From the IMG/VR virus record IMGVR_UViG_3300037424_000441, positions 1-41,306 of that record: a stretch of 41,306 nt of DNA; one strand, written 5' to 3'. Shown here piece after piece: positions 17,320-27,900 of this stretch; positions within the stretch are counted from its first letter, which is position 1; each line of letters opens with the position of its first letter. The notes under the pieces were generated by a model that was given only the letters and a program-made list of their open reading frames with translations, was not told the DNA's origin and ran no database searches. Source of the DNA: a virus. Taxonomy: Duplodnaviria > Caudoviricetes. The position numbers were made by a program, and so were the translations under genes.

Positions 17320-17760
17320 ATGGCCGCACTTACAGCGGACAAGCAACGAGAAATGAAAGACCCCGGAAATATCCGGCGTCTGAAAATGGTCGCATCTAAG
17401 ACGATCTATCAGGGTTCGCTTGTGTCGATTGTCGGCGCAAGTGGATTGGCCCAAGCATCTTCCGATACCGCCTCTGACATCTTCGCCGGTATTGCTGTCG
17501 AGCAGGTCACCAGCGCGGCGACCGGAACGTATTGGGTCAAGGTTTACACGAGCGGGTGTTTCCGCATTGCGGCCTCATCTGTCGAGGAGGCTGACGGCGG
17601 TCATCATGTCGTTGTTCTTGATGATCAGACGGTCACTGATGCAGCTGGCGCAACAAACGACATCCCTGTCGGTATCGCGGTCGAGCGTGTAAGCGATTCC
17701 GACTGGTGGGTTGAGATTCGTCCATTCGCCGCCGCTGCGGCCTCTACGGTTGCAGCCTAA
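17320..17760 (+). CDS. Head decoration / capsid cement protein
   Basis: TIYQGSLV, FAGIAVE, V.VYTSG, DDQTV, PVGIAVE..WVEI; directly before the MCP. Confidence 0.75.
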   Translation: MAALTADKQREMKDPGNIRRLKMVASKTIYQGSLVSIVGASGLAQASSDTASDIFAGIAVEQVTSAATGTYWVKVYTSGCFRIAASSVEEADGGHHVVVLDDQTVTDAAGATNDIPVGIAVERVSDSDWWVEIRPFAAAAASTVAA

Positions 17761-17787
17761 TCGCTCCAACGAGAAAGGAAACTGGTA

Positions 17788-18699
17788 ATGATAGTAGATA
17801 GCAACTTCCTCGCCGGAGTGCGGACGCTCTTTCAGGCGACCTTCGATCAGGTCATGGGCGCAGAGCCCACTGACTGGACGAAGTTCGTGACTGTGATTGA
17901 CACCGACGGCAAAACGAAGCTGACGTTCAACTGGTTGGGTGCGCCTCCGATGATGCGCCCAATGGGTGACACGCTCATCTTCGGTAAAGCATTCCCGCAC
18001 GACTACACGATCACCGTCACCGAAAATGGTGTTGGGATCGAGGTCAACGAGCAGACGTTTATGAACGATCCGCTCGGAACGATCACGCTGTTCGTCAAGA
18101 ACCTCATGCGCCAAGCGGCGAAATATGAAATGAAGATCGCCGCCGAAACCCTGTCGGACGGATTCACGCTGTTGTCATTTGACGGGTTGGCGTTCTACAA
18201 GGCCACGCACACCTACGGCGATTCGGCGACTCACGACAACCTCGATTCAGCGGTGCTCGCAGCTGACGGTGTGGCATACCAGACCGGATGGCAGACGGTC
18301 AATTCCGCAGAGGATGACGCGGGTGAGCCGATGGGGCTGGTGCCGGATCTATTGGTTGCGCATTCCAATAACCGGACAGTCGTGAAGCGGTTGCTCAATG
18401 CCGAGTTTACGGTCATTACGGCCGGCGATGGAGCGACAAGCAACGTCAACAAGGGCGATGCGGAGTATATCATCACTCCGTTCCTGAAGACCACAACCGA
18501 GTGGCATCTGTTGGCAACGCAGTCGATGGACCCGAAGCCCGTCATTTTCGCGGAGCAAATGCCGAAACGCTTTGTCCCGCAAGACGGTCTCGATTCCGAA
18601 TCGGCATTCACGAAGAACACCTATCGGTACAAGGTCGACAACAAGATCGCCACGGGGTACGGCGATCCGCGTTCAGCCTACGGATCGACAGGCGCATAA
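17788..18699 (+). CDS. Major capsid protein, Mu gpT-like
   Basis: FNWLGAPPMMR, YTIT, FDGLAFY..H, DDAGEPMGLVPDLLV, WHLL..KPVIF, GYG. Confidence 0.88.
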   Translation: MIVDSNFLAGVRTLFQATFDQVMGAEPTDWTKFVTVIDTDGKTKLTFNWLGAPPMMRPMGDTLIFGKAFPHDYTITVTENGVGIEVNEQTFMNDPLGTITLFVKNLMRQAAKYEMKIAAETLSDGFTLLSFDGLAFYKATHTYGDSATHDNLDSAVLAADGVAYQTGWQTVNSAEDDAGEPMGLVPDLLVAHSNNRTVVKRLLNAEFTVITAGDGATSNVNKGDAEYIITPFLKTTTEWHLLATQSMDPKPVIFAEQMPKRFVPQDGLDSESAFTKNTYRYKVDNKIATGYGDPRSAYGSTGA

Positions 18700-18722
18700 A
18701 CATTCGACTGGGGTGAGTCTCT

Positions 18723-18752
18723 TGGCCGTCCGGGTCTGCTCTCGGGCGGCCA
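18723..18752 (+). terminator. Strong hairpin after the MCP (terminator or mRNA stabiliser)
   Basis: TGGCCGTCCGGG-TCTGCT-CTCGGGCGGCCA; weak U-tract. Confidence 0.5.
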
Positions 18753-18767
18753 TGATTAAGGGCGACA

Positions 18768-19265
18768 ATGGCAACGATCACGAATCTGACATCGCGGGAA
18801 GAGGTCGAAAAGCAGCTTATGCGGGACGCTCGTGTTCAGATTCTGGACGCGGAACCAGCAGAGGGCAACGAGTCCGATTTGTCCCATACGAGTGTCGAGG
18901 TTCAAATCCAGAAGGCCGAGTCCGAAATCATTGTGCGGCTCAGTCGGTTCTACGATGTCCCGCTGTCAATGTCGAACCACAACACGGTCACGATGCTGAA
19001 CGCGATGGCCACGAATTTGGCCGCCTACAAGTGCTATTTGATCTTCCAGCCGGGGATGACGAAAGACAATCTTCCGGCGGCTGTGCTCGAATGGAAAAAA
19101 GACGTGGACGCGATGCTGGAAAGAATCGTGCCGACTGGCAAGTCGGCTCCAGTTGCCGGCCGTGACATCGTGCTGGAGGGTGAGTCGTTGATTGCTGGGG
19201 CAGGCACGCCAGGCACCGCGGCGATTGCGCTCACGCAGTTCATCCCGTTTGGGGGTACGTCCTAA
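18768..19265 (+). CDS. Head-tail adaptor, Mu gp36/DUF1320-like
   Basis: IQKAESEIIVRLSRFYDVPL...LAAYKCY...MLERI. Confidence 0.75.
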   Translation: MATITNLTSREEVEKQLMRDARVQILDAEPAEGNESDLSHTSVEVQIQKAESEIIVRLSRFYDVPLSMSNHNTVTMLNAMATNLAAYKCYLIFQPGMTKDNLPAAVLEWKKDVDAMLERIVPTGKSAPVAGRDIVLEGESLIAGAGTPGTAAIALTQFIPFGGTS

Positions 19266-19780
19266 TGGCCAAGTTTGAATTCATATGGCCGATTGGTGAG
19301 CGGCGGGCGATCCACCAGGTCATAACCGTGCATTCGCTTGGATTGAAAGACCTGCGCGAAGTGTGGGACAGGTTCATCCCGAATATCAGGCGTCGGCATT
19401 CGGTCACGTTTCGGCAGATGACAAGCCCGTTCGGTGAAGGATGGGCACCACTGTCTACGGCATACGCCAAGTGGAAAGCCAAGCACTTCCCTGGCAAGCG
19501 AATCCTTGAGCGCACAGGTGAGTTGCGCCGGGCCGCCTCAACAAAGGGTGCTCCGGGTCAGTTCATCGAAATGCGTCCGATGGGATTCACGTTCACTGTA
19601 ATGCGATTTAACGGATTCTTCAACGTCGGGCGCATTCACCAGCAGGGCGGCAAGCACATGCCGCGTCGCACTTGGCTGGGCCTGATGCCGGACGACGCAA
19701 TCGCACTACAGGCGCAGATTAAAGCGTATTTCAATCGCCTGAAGGGTAAGGCCGTGGCCATTGGTCGGGGGAGAGCGTAG
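19265..19780 (+). CDS. Virion morphogenesis / tail completion protein (Mu gpG-like)
   Basis: SPFGEGWAPLS..Y..K, ILERTGELR, IHQQGG.HMPRRTWLGL. Confidence 0.85.
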   Translation: MAKFEFIWPIGERRAIHQVITVHSLGLKDLREVWDRFIPNIRRRHSVTFRQMTSPFGEGWAPLSTAYAKWKAKHFPGKRILERTGELRRAASTKGAPGQFIEMRPMGFTFTVMRFNGFFNVGRIHQQGGKHMPRRTWLGLMPDDAIALQAQIKAYFNRLKGKAVAIGRGRA

Positions 19781-20263
19781 ATGCCCACGATTACCGGCGA
19801 CATCATCACTGACGCGGTTGTCAATCTCAAGACCGCACTGGAAACGCAGATCGCGACATGGGAAGTGTCTGAGGTGTTCCGCTATCAGTCGGCGGAAGTC
19901 GGCAAGCGCGGCAACTGCATCGCGATTGAGGTCGTCGGATGGCAGCCGGTCTTGTCTGGGTTGGCGTCGCCGACCGTGGTTATCGACCACAAGGTCACGA
20001 TGCGGGTGTGGTACATCCACGGCACGAATGCGCGCATCGACGTGGCTTACGACAAGGTCTATTCGCGGCTTTCGAAGATGGTCGCATACATAATTGAGAA
20101 CCCCATGCCGAACGGATACGGAACATTTCTGATAGATGACCAGGCGTTTGGGCCGACTGTCGAAACCCTCGCGCCGATTGAGGCAGAGACAGGTGTGTTG
20201 CTGGCGGGCAAGTTCACAGTCATTCACACTTACACAAAGAGTCACACGCAGACATTCGCATAG
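19781..20263 (+). CDS. Putative tail terminator
   Basis: Size, alpha/beta pattern and position before the tail tube. Confidence 0.55.
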   Translation: MPTITGDIITDAVVNLKTALETQIATWEVSEVFRYQSAEVGKRGNCIAIEVVGWQPVLSGLASPTVVIDHKVTMRVWYIHGTNARIDVAYDKVYSRLSKMVAYIIENPMPNGYGTFLIDDQAFGPTVETLAPIEAETGVLLAGKFTVIHTYTKSHTQTFA

Positions 20264-20275
20264 CGGGGGTCCAAG

Positions 20276-21307
20276 ATGGCTAATCAATTCGGGTTTCAGA
20301 GTTCACTGTGGTTGAAGGAGTCGGCCTCCTATGGGTCTGCGGAAACCATGTCGTCGGGGACGACATACACGATCCTGCACAAGCCCGGCGTCACACTGGA
20401 GAAGACGATTGGGCGAATCAAGACCGACCACATTCGCCAAGTCGCCGGCATGAAGCAGGACGAAGATCAGCTCGGGATTGAATCGGTGCAGGGCGGCTGG
20501 GGCGGCGTCGTGCCGTGCAAGGGTGACTTCGGGATCATTCTCAAGAATTCACTCGGCAAGGTTGTCACTCCGGGTGTGGTGGGAACGACATACTACCACA
20601 CATATTTGTGGAACGACCTGCCGTTCGTTGGCATGTCGGCGGCGGCAAACAAGGCCGGGATTTCCTACCTCTACCACGGGCTGCAATTCAAGAAGCTGCA
20701 TCTGGAGGCGAAAGTCGGCGGCGCGCTGGAATACTCGGTCGATACGGTCGGCAAGAACGAGACCCCCATCGCTCAAATCACGATGCCGGCAATCACCGCG
20801 CTTTTGACGGCGACGCCATACTGGCTCTTTCAACATGCCACGTTCAACATGGACGCGTCAACGGCAGAGACGATTCAGGGGTTCAGTATCGACTGCGATT
20901 GGGAGTTGTGCGAGTCGGAAGAGGAGTCCTATTCGCTCGGGTCAGTTCAGCGTCAGCGGTTGTCGCGCAAGGGGCACAGCGTGACGGGCACGATCAGGCG
21001 GCGCTTCGCCAATGACGGCGCCTCGTCGCTTGCGTCGAAGATGTACGACAAGTTTTTGTCCGGCGCTACCGCGTCTCTCGTCTTCACGTTCACGCATCCC
21101 TCAGACGCCGACTACACAATGGTCATCACGTTGGGCGTGGTCAAGTTCGAGGGGAAGTCGCCCAACTACGGCGACAAGGGGATTCTCATGGAAGAGATTC
21201 CCTTTGTGGCCTACGACTTGGATCAGGTCACGTCATCAATTGTGGTGACGGATGAGCAGGCGGGTCCGGCCACGGCGACCGGGGCCTATGACGGGGCGGG
21301 CATCTAA
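20276..21307 (+). CDS. Major tail tube protein
   Basis: KESASYG N-terminus, YYHTY, VTGTI, beta-rich; no sheath gene present. Confidence 0.75.
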   Translation: MANQFGFQSSLWLKESASYGSAETMSSGTTYTILHKPGVTLEKTIGRIKTDHIRQVAGMKQDEDQLGIESVQGGWGGVVPCKGDFGIILKNSLGKVVTPGVVGTTYYHTYLWNDLPFVGMSAAANKAGISYLYHGLQFKKLHLEAKVGGALEYSVDTVGKNETPIAQITMPAITALLTATPYWLFQHATFNMDASTAETIQGFSIDCDWELCESEEESYSLGSVQRQRLSRKGHSVTGTIRRRFANDGASSLASKMYDKFLSGATASLVFTFTHPSDADYTMVITLGVVKFEGKSPNYGDKGILMEEIPFVAYDLDQVTSSIVVTDEQAGPATATGAYDGAGI

Positions 21308-21355
21308 TGCGACGCGCTCTCATAGCAATCGTTCTTATTACCCAGGAGGCGGTTA

Positions 21356-21796
21356 GTGTCTGACGAAAGACCACAAGAGACAATCGAGCCGGCATCGGAC
21401 GCGGCAGAGCCGAAGTTTCCCAACTGTTGGGCCGATGCCGAGCGGGAGATGATCTCCGTCGAAGTGAACGGCGTCACGTTTCGCATGCGCTCGATCACAG
21501 TTGGGGAAGAGCGGCGCATCGCGGATGAAATGAACATGCGCTGGAAGTTCAAGCGCACTGGCACTAACCCCGAAGACATCGCAGTCGATCTTGGAGACGA
21601 GATGACAATCGTCGTCTCCGATCACAAGAGCAAGCAGATCCTCACCGTCACGGCGTCGCTTGGCGCGTGGACGAAATACGGGTCAGAGGGATGGACGGAC
21701 AGTCGGAAGGTCACACCAGAAACCATTGAGGCAATGAAGGGGGACGTGCTCGAAGCGCTTTATCTCGAATACGTAAGCCACTTTCGCAGCTTCTGA
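21356..21796 (+). CDS. Tail assembly chaperone (G)
   Basis: AGGAGG RBS; lies between tube and tape measure. Confidence 0.7.
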   Translation: MSDERPQETIEPASDAAEPKFPNCWADAEREMISVEVNGVTFRMRSITVGEERRIADEMNMRWKFKRTGTNPEDIAVDLGDEMTIVVSDHKSKQILTVTASLGAWTKYGSEGWTDSRKVTPETIEAMKGDVLEALYLEYVSHFRSF

Positions 21797-22205
21797 CGAT
21801 CTACTCCGCAATCTTGAAAAACAGATAAGGTGGTCCTTTGACCCGATCACGGACAATTGGTGTTACCCGAGGGATTCGCTCACCGGGGCCGGGTGTCAGT
21901 ATTGGATTGATCCCAAGTCACCTCCCGCGCTGTCTGTTTGCATGGCTTGTCCGGTCTACCATGTCTTCTGCGTTGGATGCCGGGGCCGGTCCAAGTGTCG
22001 CATTGCTACAAAACCAAAAGTCAGGCCGGACGTGTTGCGTTTCCTCACGCGATTCAAAGTCGCGCGCGAGATGCATCAATCGCTCTGGGGCGGCAGCTAC
22101 AAAGAACTCCCGATCAAAGAGTGGCGCATGATTCAGAAGGCTCTCAATGTCGTAAGCGAGTGCGAGTTGGAATCGGTGAAGAAATACAAGAGGGACAATG
22201 GCTGA
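21777..22205 (+). CDS. Tail assembly chaperone extension (T), probably expressed by frameshift
   Basis: Frame open from TAA 21774-76 to TGA 22205 with no RBS/start near its 5' end; Cys-rich, then GGSYKELP..W. Confidence 0.65.
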   Translation, partial: ATFAASDDLLRNLEKQIRWSFDPITDNWCYPRDSLTGAGCQYWIDPKSPPALSVCMACPVYHVFCVGCRGRSKCRIATKPKVRPDVLRFLTRFKVAREMHQSLWGGSYKELPIKEWRMIQKALNVVSECELESVKKYKRDNG

Positions 22206-23769
22206 CGTTGAGACAACCATAAGAATATCCGCCGACACCAAGATGGCCGTCGAACAAATGACCGCCATGACTGTAGCGATGGAGAAGGCGGGGACGAAAG
22301 CTGCCCCAAGATTCACGGGCGGGCTTGGTAAGGCCAATGCCGTAATGGGCACGGCGGAAGCGCGCGCGGCCCTGCTCAGTGGTCGATTGATCGGCCTACC
22401 TTCTGCAATCGGTTCAGTTACGTCGGCATTCGCGGCAATGGCGCCGGAGCTGGCGATCATCGTCACGGCCATTGCCTTAATCTCTGACGGGATCAGCAAA
22501 AACCGAAAAGAGATGGAGGCATGGGCTAAGACGGTTGACTTGAATGTCGAGGCCCTTAACTCGCTCGCTCTTGCCAATGGCGAGGTCGGAGAAGCAGCCC
22601 GCCAGCGCAGCAAGGATGAATACGACGCCGCGAAGGCCCAGGTGGCAACGCTACAAGCCACCTATACAACCGTCGTCGCATCACTTGAACAGCAAAAGCG
22701 GGCATACGTCAGTGAGTTCGGCGAATCCGAGGAAGCCGTCAAGGGATTCGAGCGCGCGCAAAAAGGGCTGATAAACTCCCAACGGACGATTGAGGCAAGT
22801 CTTTCTGCGGCGCTGAAGATCATTGCTGACTTTGAGAAACCGGCCAAGGAAGCGGCAAAAGCAGCCACCGCGCTTTCGGAAGCGCAATCTAAACTCTTTA
22901 ATGCGAGTCAAGAGGCGTCTGGTCGCCTGATTGCGGAAGGTCTTCGCAATCAAGCCGAGAACGCGCAGAAGCTCCTCGACATCGAAGTCGCGCGCGCGAA
23001 TGTCCGAGCGGGGACCGCCGGTCAGGGCGGCGACGTTTTCTCAATCATCGAAGCATCCAATGCAGTCATCGCGGCAGAACAGATTGCATACGAGAATCGA
23101 CTGAACAACGCCAATGCGTTCGACGGATCAAGGCAAGTTATCGAAGCGCAGTTCACTCTCTTTCTCGAAACGGAATTGGCGAAACGGAACGAGGCTGTCC
23201 GGCGCTCGCTCGATGCGCAAGAGAAGGCCACAAAGAAAACAAAGACCATTGAGAAGAGCGAAGTGCTTAAGACCTATGAGCAGATCGGAAAAGCATCTGC
23301 CGCGAACGCCGCCCAACTCCTCTTGATTCAGCACGCGACTTTACGGGAGACGATTCAGGCGGTTGGGGATTCGGCGCGCGCACAGTTGGCGGCAGAGGCT
23401 GTCGTGTGGCTGGCGGAAGGTATCGCTGCCTCCTTCACTAATCCCGCATTAGCCGCCCAGAAATTTAGGGCGGCAGCTTATGCAGGGGCGGGAGCCGTTG
23501 CGATATCCGGGATCGTCTCGGCGTTCGGCGCTCAGGATGAGCGCAATGCTGCGGCATCCGAGGTGGCCTCGTTAGGTGGCGGCGGTTCGTCCAGTAAGTC
23601 CTCGGGCCGCACTCTCGTTTCTCAGGGGCCGGTCACGCTGTACTACTCGGCGACAATGGTCATCAACGGCCACGTGTTCGACAAGACGGACATCTATAAC
23701 GAATTCTCGCTGTGGAACATGGAACAGCTACGCCGCGCGGGTGCGGACGCGGGACAGAGGGCAACATAA
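22198..23769 (+). CDS. Tape measure protein (short, 523 aa)
   Basis: MADVETTIRISADT N-terminus, Ala-rich helical, hydrophobic segments, position. Confidence 0.85.
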   Translation: MADVETTIRISADTKMAVEQMTAMTVAMEKAGTKAAPRFTGGLGKANAVMGTAEARAALLSGRLIGLPSAIGSVTSAFAAMAPELAIIVTAIALISDGISKNRKEMEAWAKTVDLNVEALNSLALANGEVGEAARQRSKDEYDAAKAQVATLQATYTTVVASLEQQKRAYVSEFGESEEAVKGFERAQKGLINSQRTIEASLSAALKIIADFEKPAKEAAKAATALSEAQSKLFNASQEASGRLIAEGLRNQAENAQKLLDIEVARANVRAGTAGQGGDVFSIIEASNAVIAAEQIAYENRLNNANAFDGSRQVIEAQFTLFLETELAKRNEAVRRSLDAQEKATKKTKTIEKSEVLKTYEQIGKASAANAAQLLLIQHATLRETIQAVGDSARAQLAAEAVVWLAEGIAASFTNPALAAQKFRAAAYAGAGAVAISGIVSAFGAQDERNAAASEVASLGGGGSSSKSSGRTLVSQGPVTLYYSATMVINGHVFDKTDIYNEFSLWNMEQLRRAGADAGQRAT

Positions 23770-23963
23770 TGGGAAAGCTCAAGATCGTAAGCGACGGGAC
23801 AGTCAAGGGTACGATTGTCACGGATGCCGATTCAGGAACACCAGTCGAGGGACTGCAATCGCTGAATCTTCGGACCGATGGAGGGCAGTGGTTCGCGGAG
23901 ATGGTTATCAAATCTCCGGATCTGGAAATCACGGTTGACTCTGTCGCGAGGGTGGCGAAGTAA
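23769..23963 (+). CDS. Small hypothetical tail-region protein (64 aa)
   Basis: TAATG coupling; beta-rich. Confidence 0.6.
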   Translation: MGKLKIVSDGTVKGTIVTDADSGTPVEGLQSLNLRTDGGQWFAEMVIKSPDLEITVDSVARVAK

Positions 23964-24902
23964 ATGGCATTCGGCGATCCCATGCAGTTGGCCACGCTGT
24001 ATGACCTCGACTTTGCGAGCGGTCTTTATAGCAACTACCATTCTCTCTTGGACAATGGGCCACTTGAGGTCTGGGCGGACACGGCGGCAATGGCAGACGG
24101 CTGGACATATGCGTTCAGCAGCGCGACGCCGACTTTCTCACGTCAGGCCGGAACACGAACGGGCGGAGCGGGAGCATACTTTCAGCGCATGGCCTACGCC
24201 GCTCCGGGCGTGGCCGTGCTCGGAGATGTCGAACAGTATGTCCGTATCAGGGGAGACGATTCCCTTGATGGCATCGGGCACAGCGGACTCGATTTCACTT
24301 ACAGTGTTTGGGCACGGAATGTTGGATCGGGGACATGCACGATCCGGCTATTCGCCGACGAGTACTCGGATAGTGGAACGATTGGGGGAACAGGAAACAC
24401 CGCAACTGCATTGACGGGAACCTGGACTGAATATACAGTAACGCGCACGATTTCGACGACTCATACGTTGCGACAGCTTCACGTCTATGCTCGACTGGAG
24501 CTCACCGGCGCCGGAAGTCCGACTGTCGAGCTGGATGAGGCACGTCTCTACTCGCTGTATACGTTTTCGGTCAATCCGGCAATGCCGGATGATCCGCGTC
24601 TCATTACCCCCAACCGCTCGTTTCAGCGGTCTCCGACGAACAAGCTGATTCAGCATCGTCCGGGGAATTCCCAAACCGCGAAGTTTGAATACACGATGCA
24701 CCTCGGATCAGTCGGCTTGGCGCAACTCAAGGCGCTGCGATCCTTGTGGCTTTTGCAGACTCCCCTGCGATGGAATCCCAATCTCGCGCATCTGCCGACG
24801 GAGCTTTATGTCCTACCGACCGGAGACTTCAATCTCCGAATGCGATCCCCGTCAGTGAACAGCAACAACTATTTCGGGACACTGCAACTGGCGGAGATAT
24901 AG
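23964..24902 (+). CDS. Distal tail-like protein with inserted carbohydrate-binding-like domain
   Basis: YSVWAR..G, LTGTWTEYTVT, VELDEARL jelly-roll pattern; follows the TMP. Confidence 0.6.
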   Translation: MAFGDPMQLATLYDLDFASGLYSNYHSLLDNGPLEVWADTAAMADGWTYAFSSATPTFSRQAGTRTGGAGAYFQRMAYAAPGVAVLGDVEQYVRIRGDDSLDGIGHSGLDFTYSVWARNVGSGTCTIRLFADEYSDSGTIGGTGNTATALTGTWTEYTVTRTISTTHTLRQLHVYARLELTGAGSPTVELDEARLYSLYTFSVNPAMPDDPRLITPNRSFQRSPTNKLIQHRPGNSQTAKFEYTMHLGSVGLAQLKALRSLWLLQTPLRWNPNLAHLPTELYVLPTGDFNLRMRSPSVNSNNYFGTLQLAEI

Positions 24903-24908
24903 ACCGCG

Positions 24909-27900
24909 ATGGCATTCTCGCAGCAACAGACAATCGCCCAGACCGGCGCGTCCAATCTCACGTACACGCTGGAATTCCGCACGTGGAATGGGTCGGCCTA
25001 TGTCTGGACTGACTACACGGAGCGCCTCTTGGATTTCTCCGGGATCGGATCGACAGTCGAGGAGGGAGCGTTTCCCAATGCGTTCCGGATGAATGTCGGG
25101 CGTATCGAATGCAACAACTCCGACGGCATGTTCAATAATCTGGATGTGCTGGACGGGCTGCTCTACAACTCTTCCGAGCCATACGGGAAGTCAATCTACA
25201 AGCGCATGTTGCGGATCAAATGCAACAACACCGCTATCGGCGTGGCCCTCGTGCGCGACGTGAAGCCACGGTCAGACCGAAACAGCGTGATGATTGAGAC
25301 AATCTCTTTGGACGCTCGCGCGTCCGATCAGGCATGTGACGGGGAGACGGCAGAGCGGCATCCATTGGGGGACACATCTAAAGTGGGAGACGGGTCCGAC
25401 TGGACGACGACAGCACCGGCAGCGCTTACGGATGAGGTGGCCATGTACCGTTGGCGCGACGAAGAATCAGAGGGGAACCTGTCGTACGGTTGGTTCAAAG
25501 ATAAACACTACTCCGAGATCATCGAACGCACCGCATGGGCGCTGGACGATTTGGCGACAGACATCACTGAGACGTATCGGTTGATGACGGCGGACGACCG
25601 CGAGATTGCCACCACTCGCAACATCCCTCCGGATGATCCGGCTGTGTCTGAGGGCGTCACGCCGGACCGCTGTCGCGTCGTTATCTGGAACCCTGAGCGG
25701 AGTTGCTTGGTCTGCTGTGTCGGCCACAAGATTTACGATTACAACCCGACCACGAACGTCTACACACTTCGCAACACGCTCACGGCCGGCCGGGATGTGG
25801 TCCGGGCATTCTACACCACTGAGGCGGACTCCGGAGGCGAGAATAAGCGGATCGTTCTGGTGCAGTGTGATATCGAAGCCTACTCCGGATCATCGGGCGG
25901 CCGTGTCACGACAGCATGGTGCACGACGCTGGACGCGACAGGAACCGGTGCATATACCGTCCTCGACACTGAGCGCTCGATGGGGACCGATGTCTTCCCT
26001 GGCACGCATCAATTTAGAGAGGAAGAAAGGATCGGCCAAATCCCTCCGGACATTGCGGGAGAAAACCTCTTTGTCCCATTTCGTCAAGAAATTCGATACA
26101 CGGCTGGACTAAACGCGACGGACAATTATCGACACTTAGATACAGACGGAGAGCCGGTGTCTCTCTTTGATGCTCCGGCGGGTGGCGCGCCAAACCGCAC
26201 GCTGCCGGCGACGTTGGGGCGGGGATACTTTACGGGAGATCGCAACCTCGGAGACGCGCCGGGGGCGAATGGCTGGCGGTGGAGCAATGGGAATTTCTTC
26301 TCCTGCTCGCTCAACATCTACACTGCTGGTGGCCGACTGTACTACATCACGTGGGACAGCACGAACAAGTACCGGCTGAACTACATCAACCTCAGCACCT
26401 ACGCGGCTGGGTCATATCTCGCGCTCGGAGGTGCCAACACGCGCGTCCCATACTTCCTCTATTCGCCGCAGGGCGCAACTTTCAAGAAGCGCCTCTACTG
26501 TTGTCAGATGCAGTGGAAAGACACGGCGACCGACTACTCCATCGCGGAAATCTACCACTACGATTTTTCCTCTCCCGGCTGGACGCAAACAACCTACCTC
26601 TCTGGTGCGACCGGCTCGAATCAGGCGTGGATGATTACCGAACTGACACACGAGGACAGTGGTAACAGCATCACCTGCATTCTCTTCAACCGTGAGACGT
26701 TGAAATGGCGACTGGCGAATGATATAGCGACGGCATGGGCGTCGATGGAGGCGATCTGCTACAGTGCATTCCAGAATCTCAGCAAGGATCAAGAGAATCG
26801 GTTAGAGGGGCTGCATACTCGCGCCAATGGCGACCTGTTCTTTGTTGAGGCTGGTCCGAATCTTCTTTGGAAACTGAAAGCGGCGGACGGTGTTCTCTAT
26901 CCCGCTAACCTCACCCCGGCGGATGCCGCCAAGGGCGATCCGATCAACGCCGATCGCGGTCTTGGTTCCTATATGACATCGACGCCGGTCAATTATCCGG
27001 ACTCTTCGACGCCAGAAGGAATCTTGTTCTGGATCTCGGCCGCCGATTACGTAGACGCCGGGACCGATCATCCCAACGGGCGGTACACGCTCTGTCAATA
27101 CGCCAACTTCGATCCCGGTTTTATTCAACTACTGGACGTGTCGGGGCTGTCGTTCTGGGAACTGCGGACGCTCATTGCCGAAGCGTTCGGGTTTGTGCAT
27201 TACTATTCCCCGGACGGCACTCTGATATTCAAGCCACGGACGACAAGTGGGGCGGCCTCCTTCACGTTCTCCGGAGACAATCGCAACTACCTCAGGGGTG
27301 AGGTTCAGACGCGCGGTTTCGAGGCGATCCTGAACGACATCACGGTCAAGCCCTATGCCGTGGTGTCGGAAGAGCGGACATCGGAAATCGTGAAAGGATA
27401 TAACGAGGCCAGCGCCGACAAAGATGGAGCACTTGACGATGTGAATGTATCCGGCAATCCCGGGGAGAACTCACAGTGGCGCGTGGTGTTCACGTCGGCG
27501 ACAGCATACAGCATCTACAAGTTGCAAGGCGTTAATGCAGACGCGACGACGGCCAAGGGATCGGCGACAATTACGACGACGCTCTCGCAGCCGACCGATG
27601 GAACGTATCTCTCAATCACTCCCGACAACTGGTCCGGGGTCTTTGTCACAGACGACAACTTCACGTTCTGGATTTTCGAGCCTGCCGAGTCGCTGCAAGT
27701 GATGCCCGACGGGAATGAATCGAAATGGAGTGACGCGACCTCTATCGCGGCCTACAAGCGCAATGCGCGCACGTTCGAGAATCGGTTCATCCGTCGCCAG
27801 ATCGCGCCGGACTATGCCGCCAACATCGGGGAGTGGCGCAAGGAGCGACACGACATCGTGCGCATCGAGGCGGCGGCAGATCCCGCTTACCAGCCGCTAC

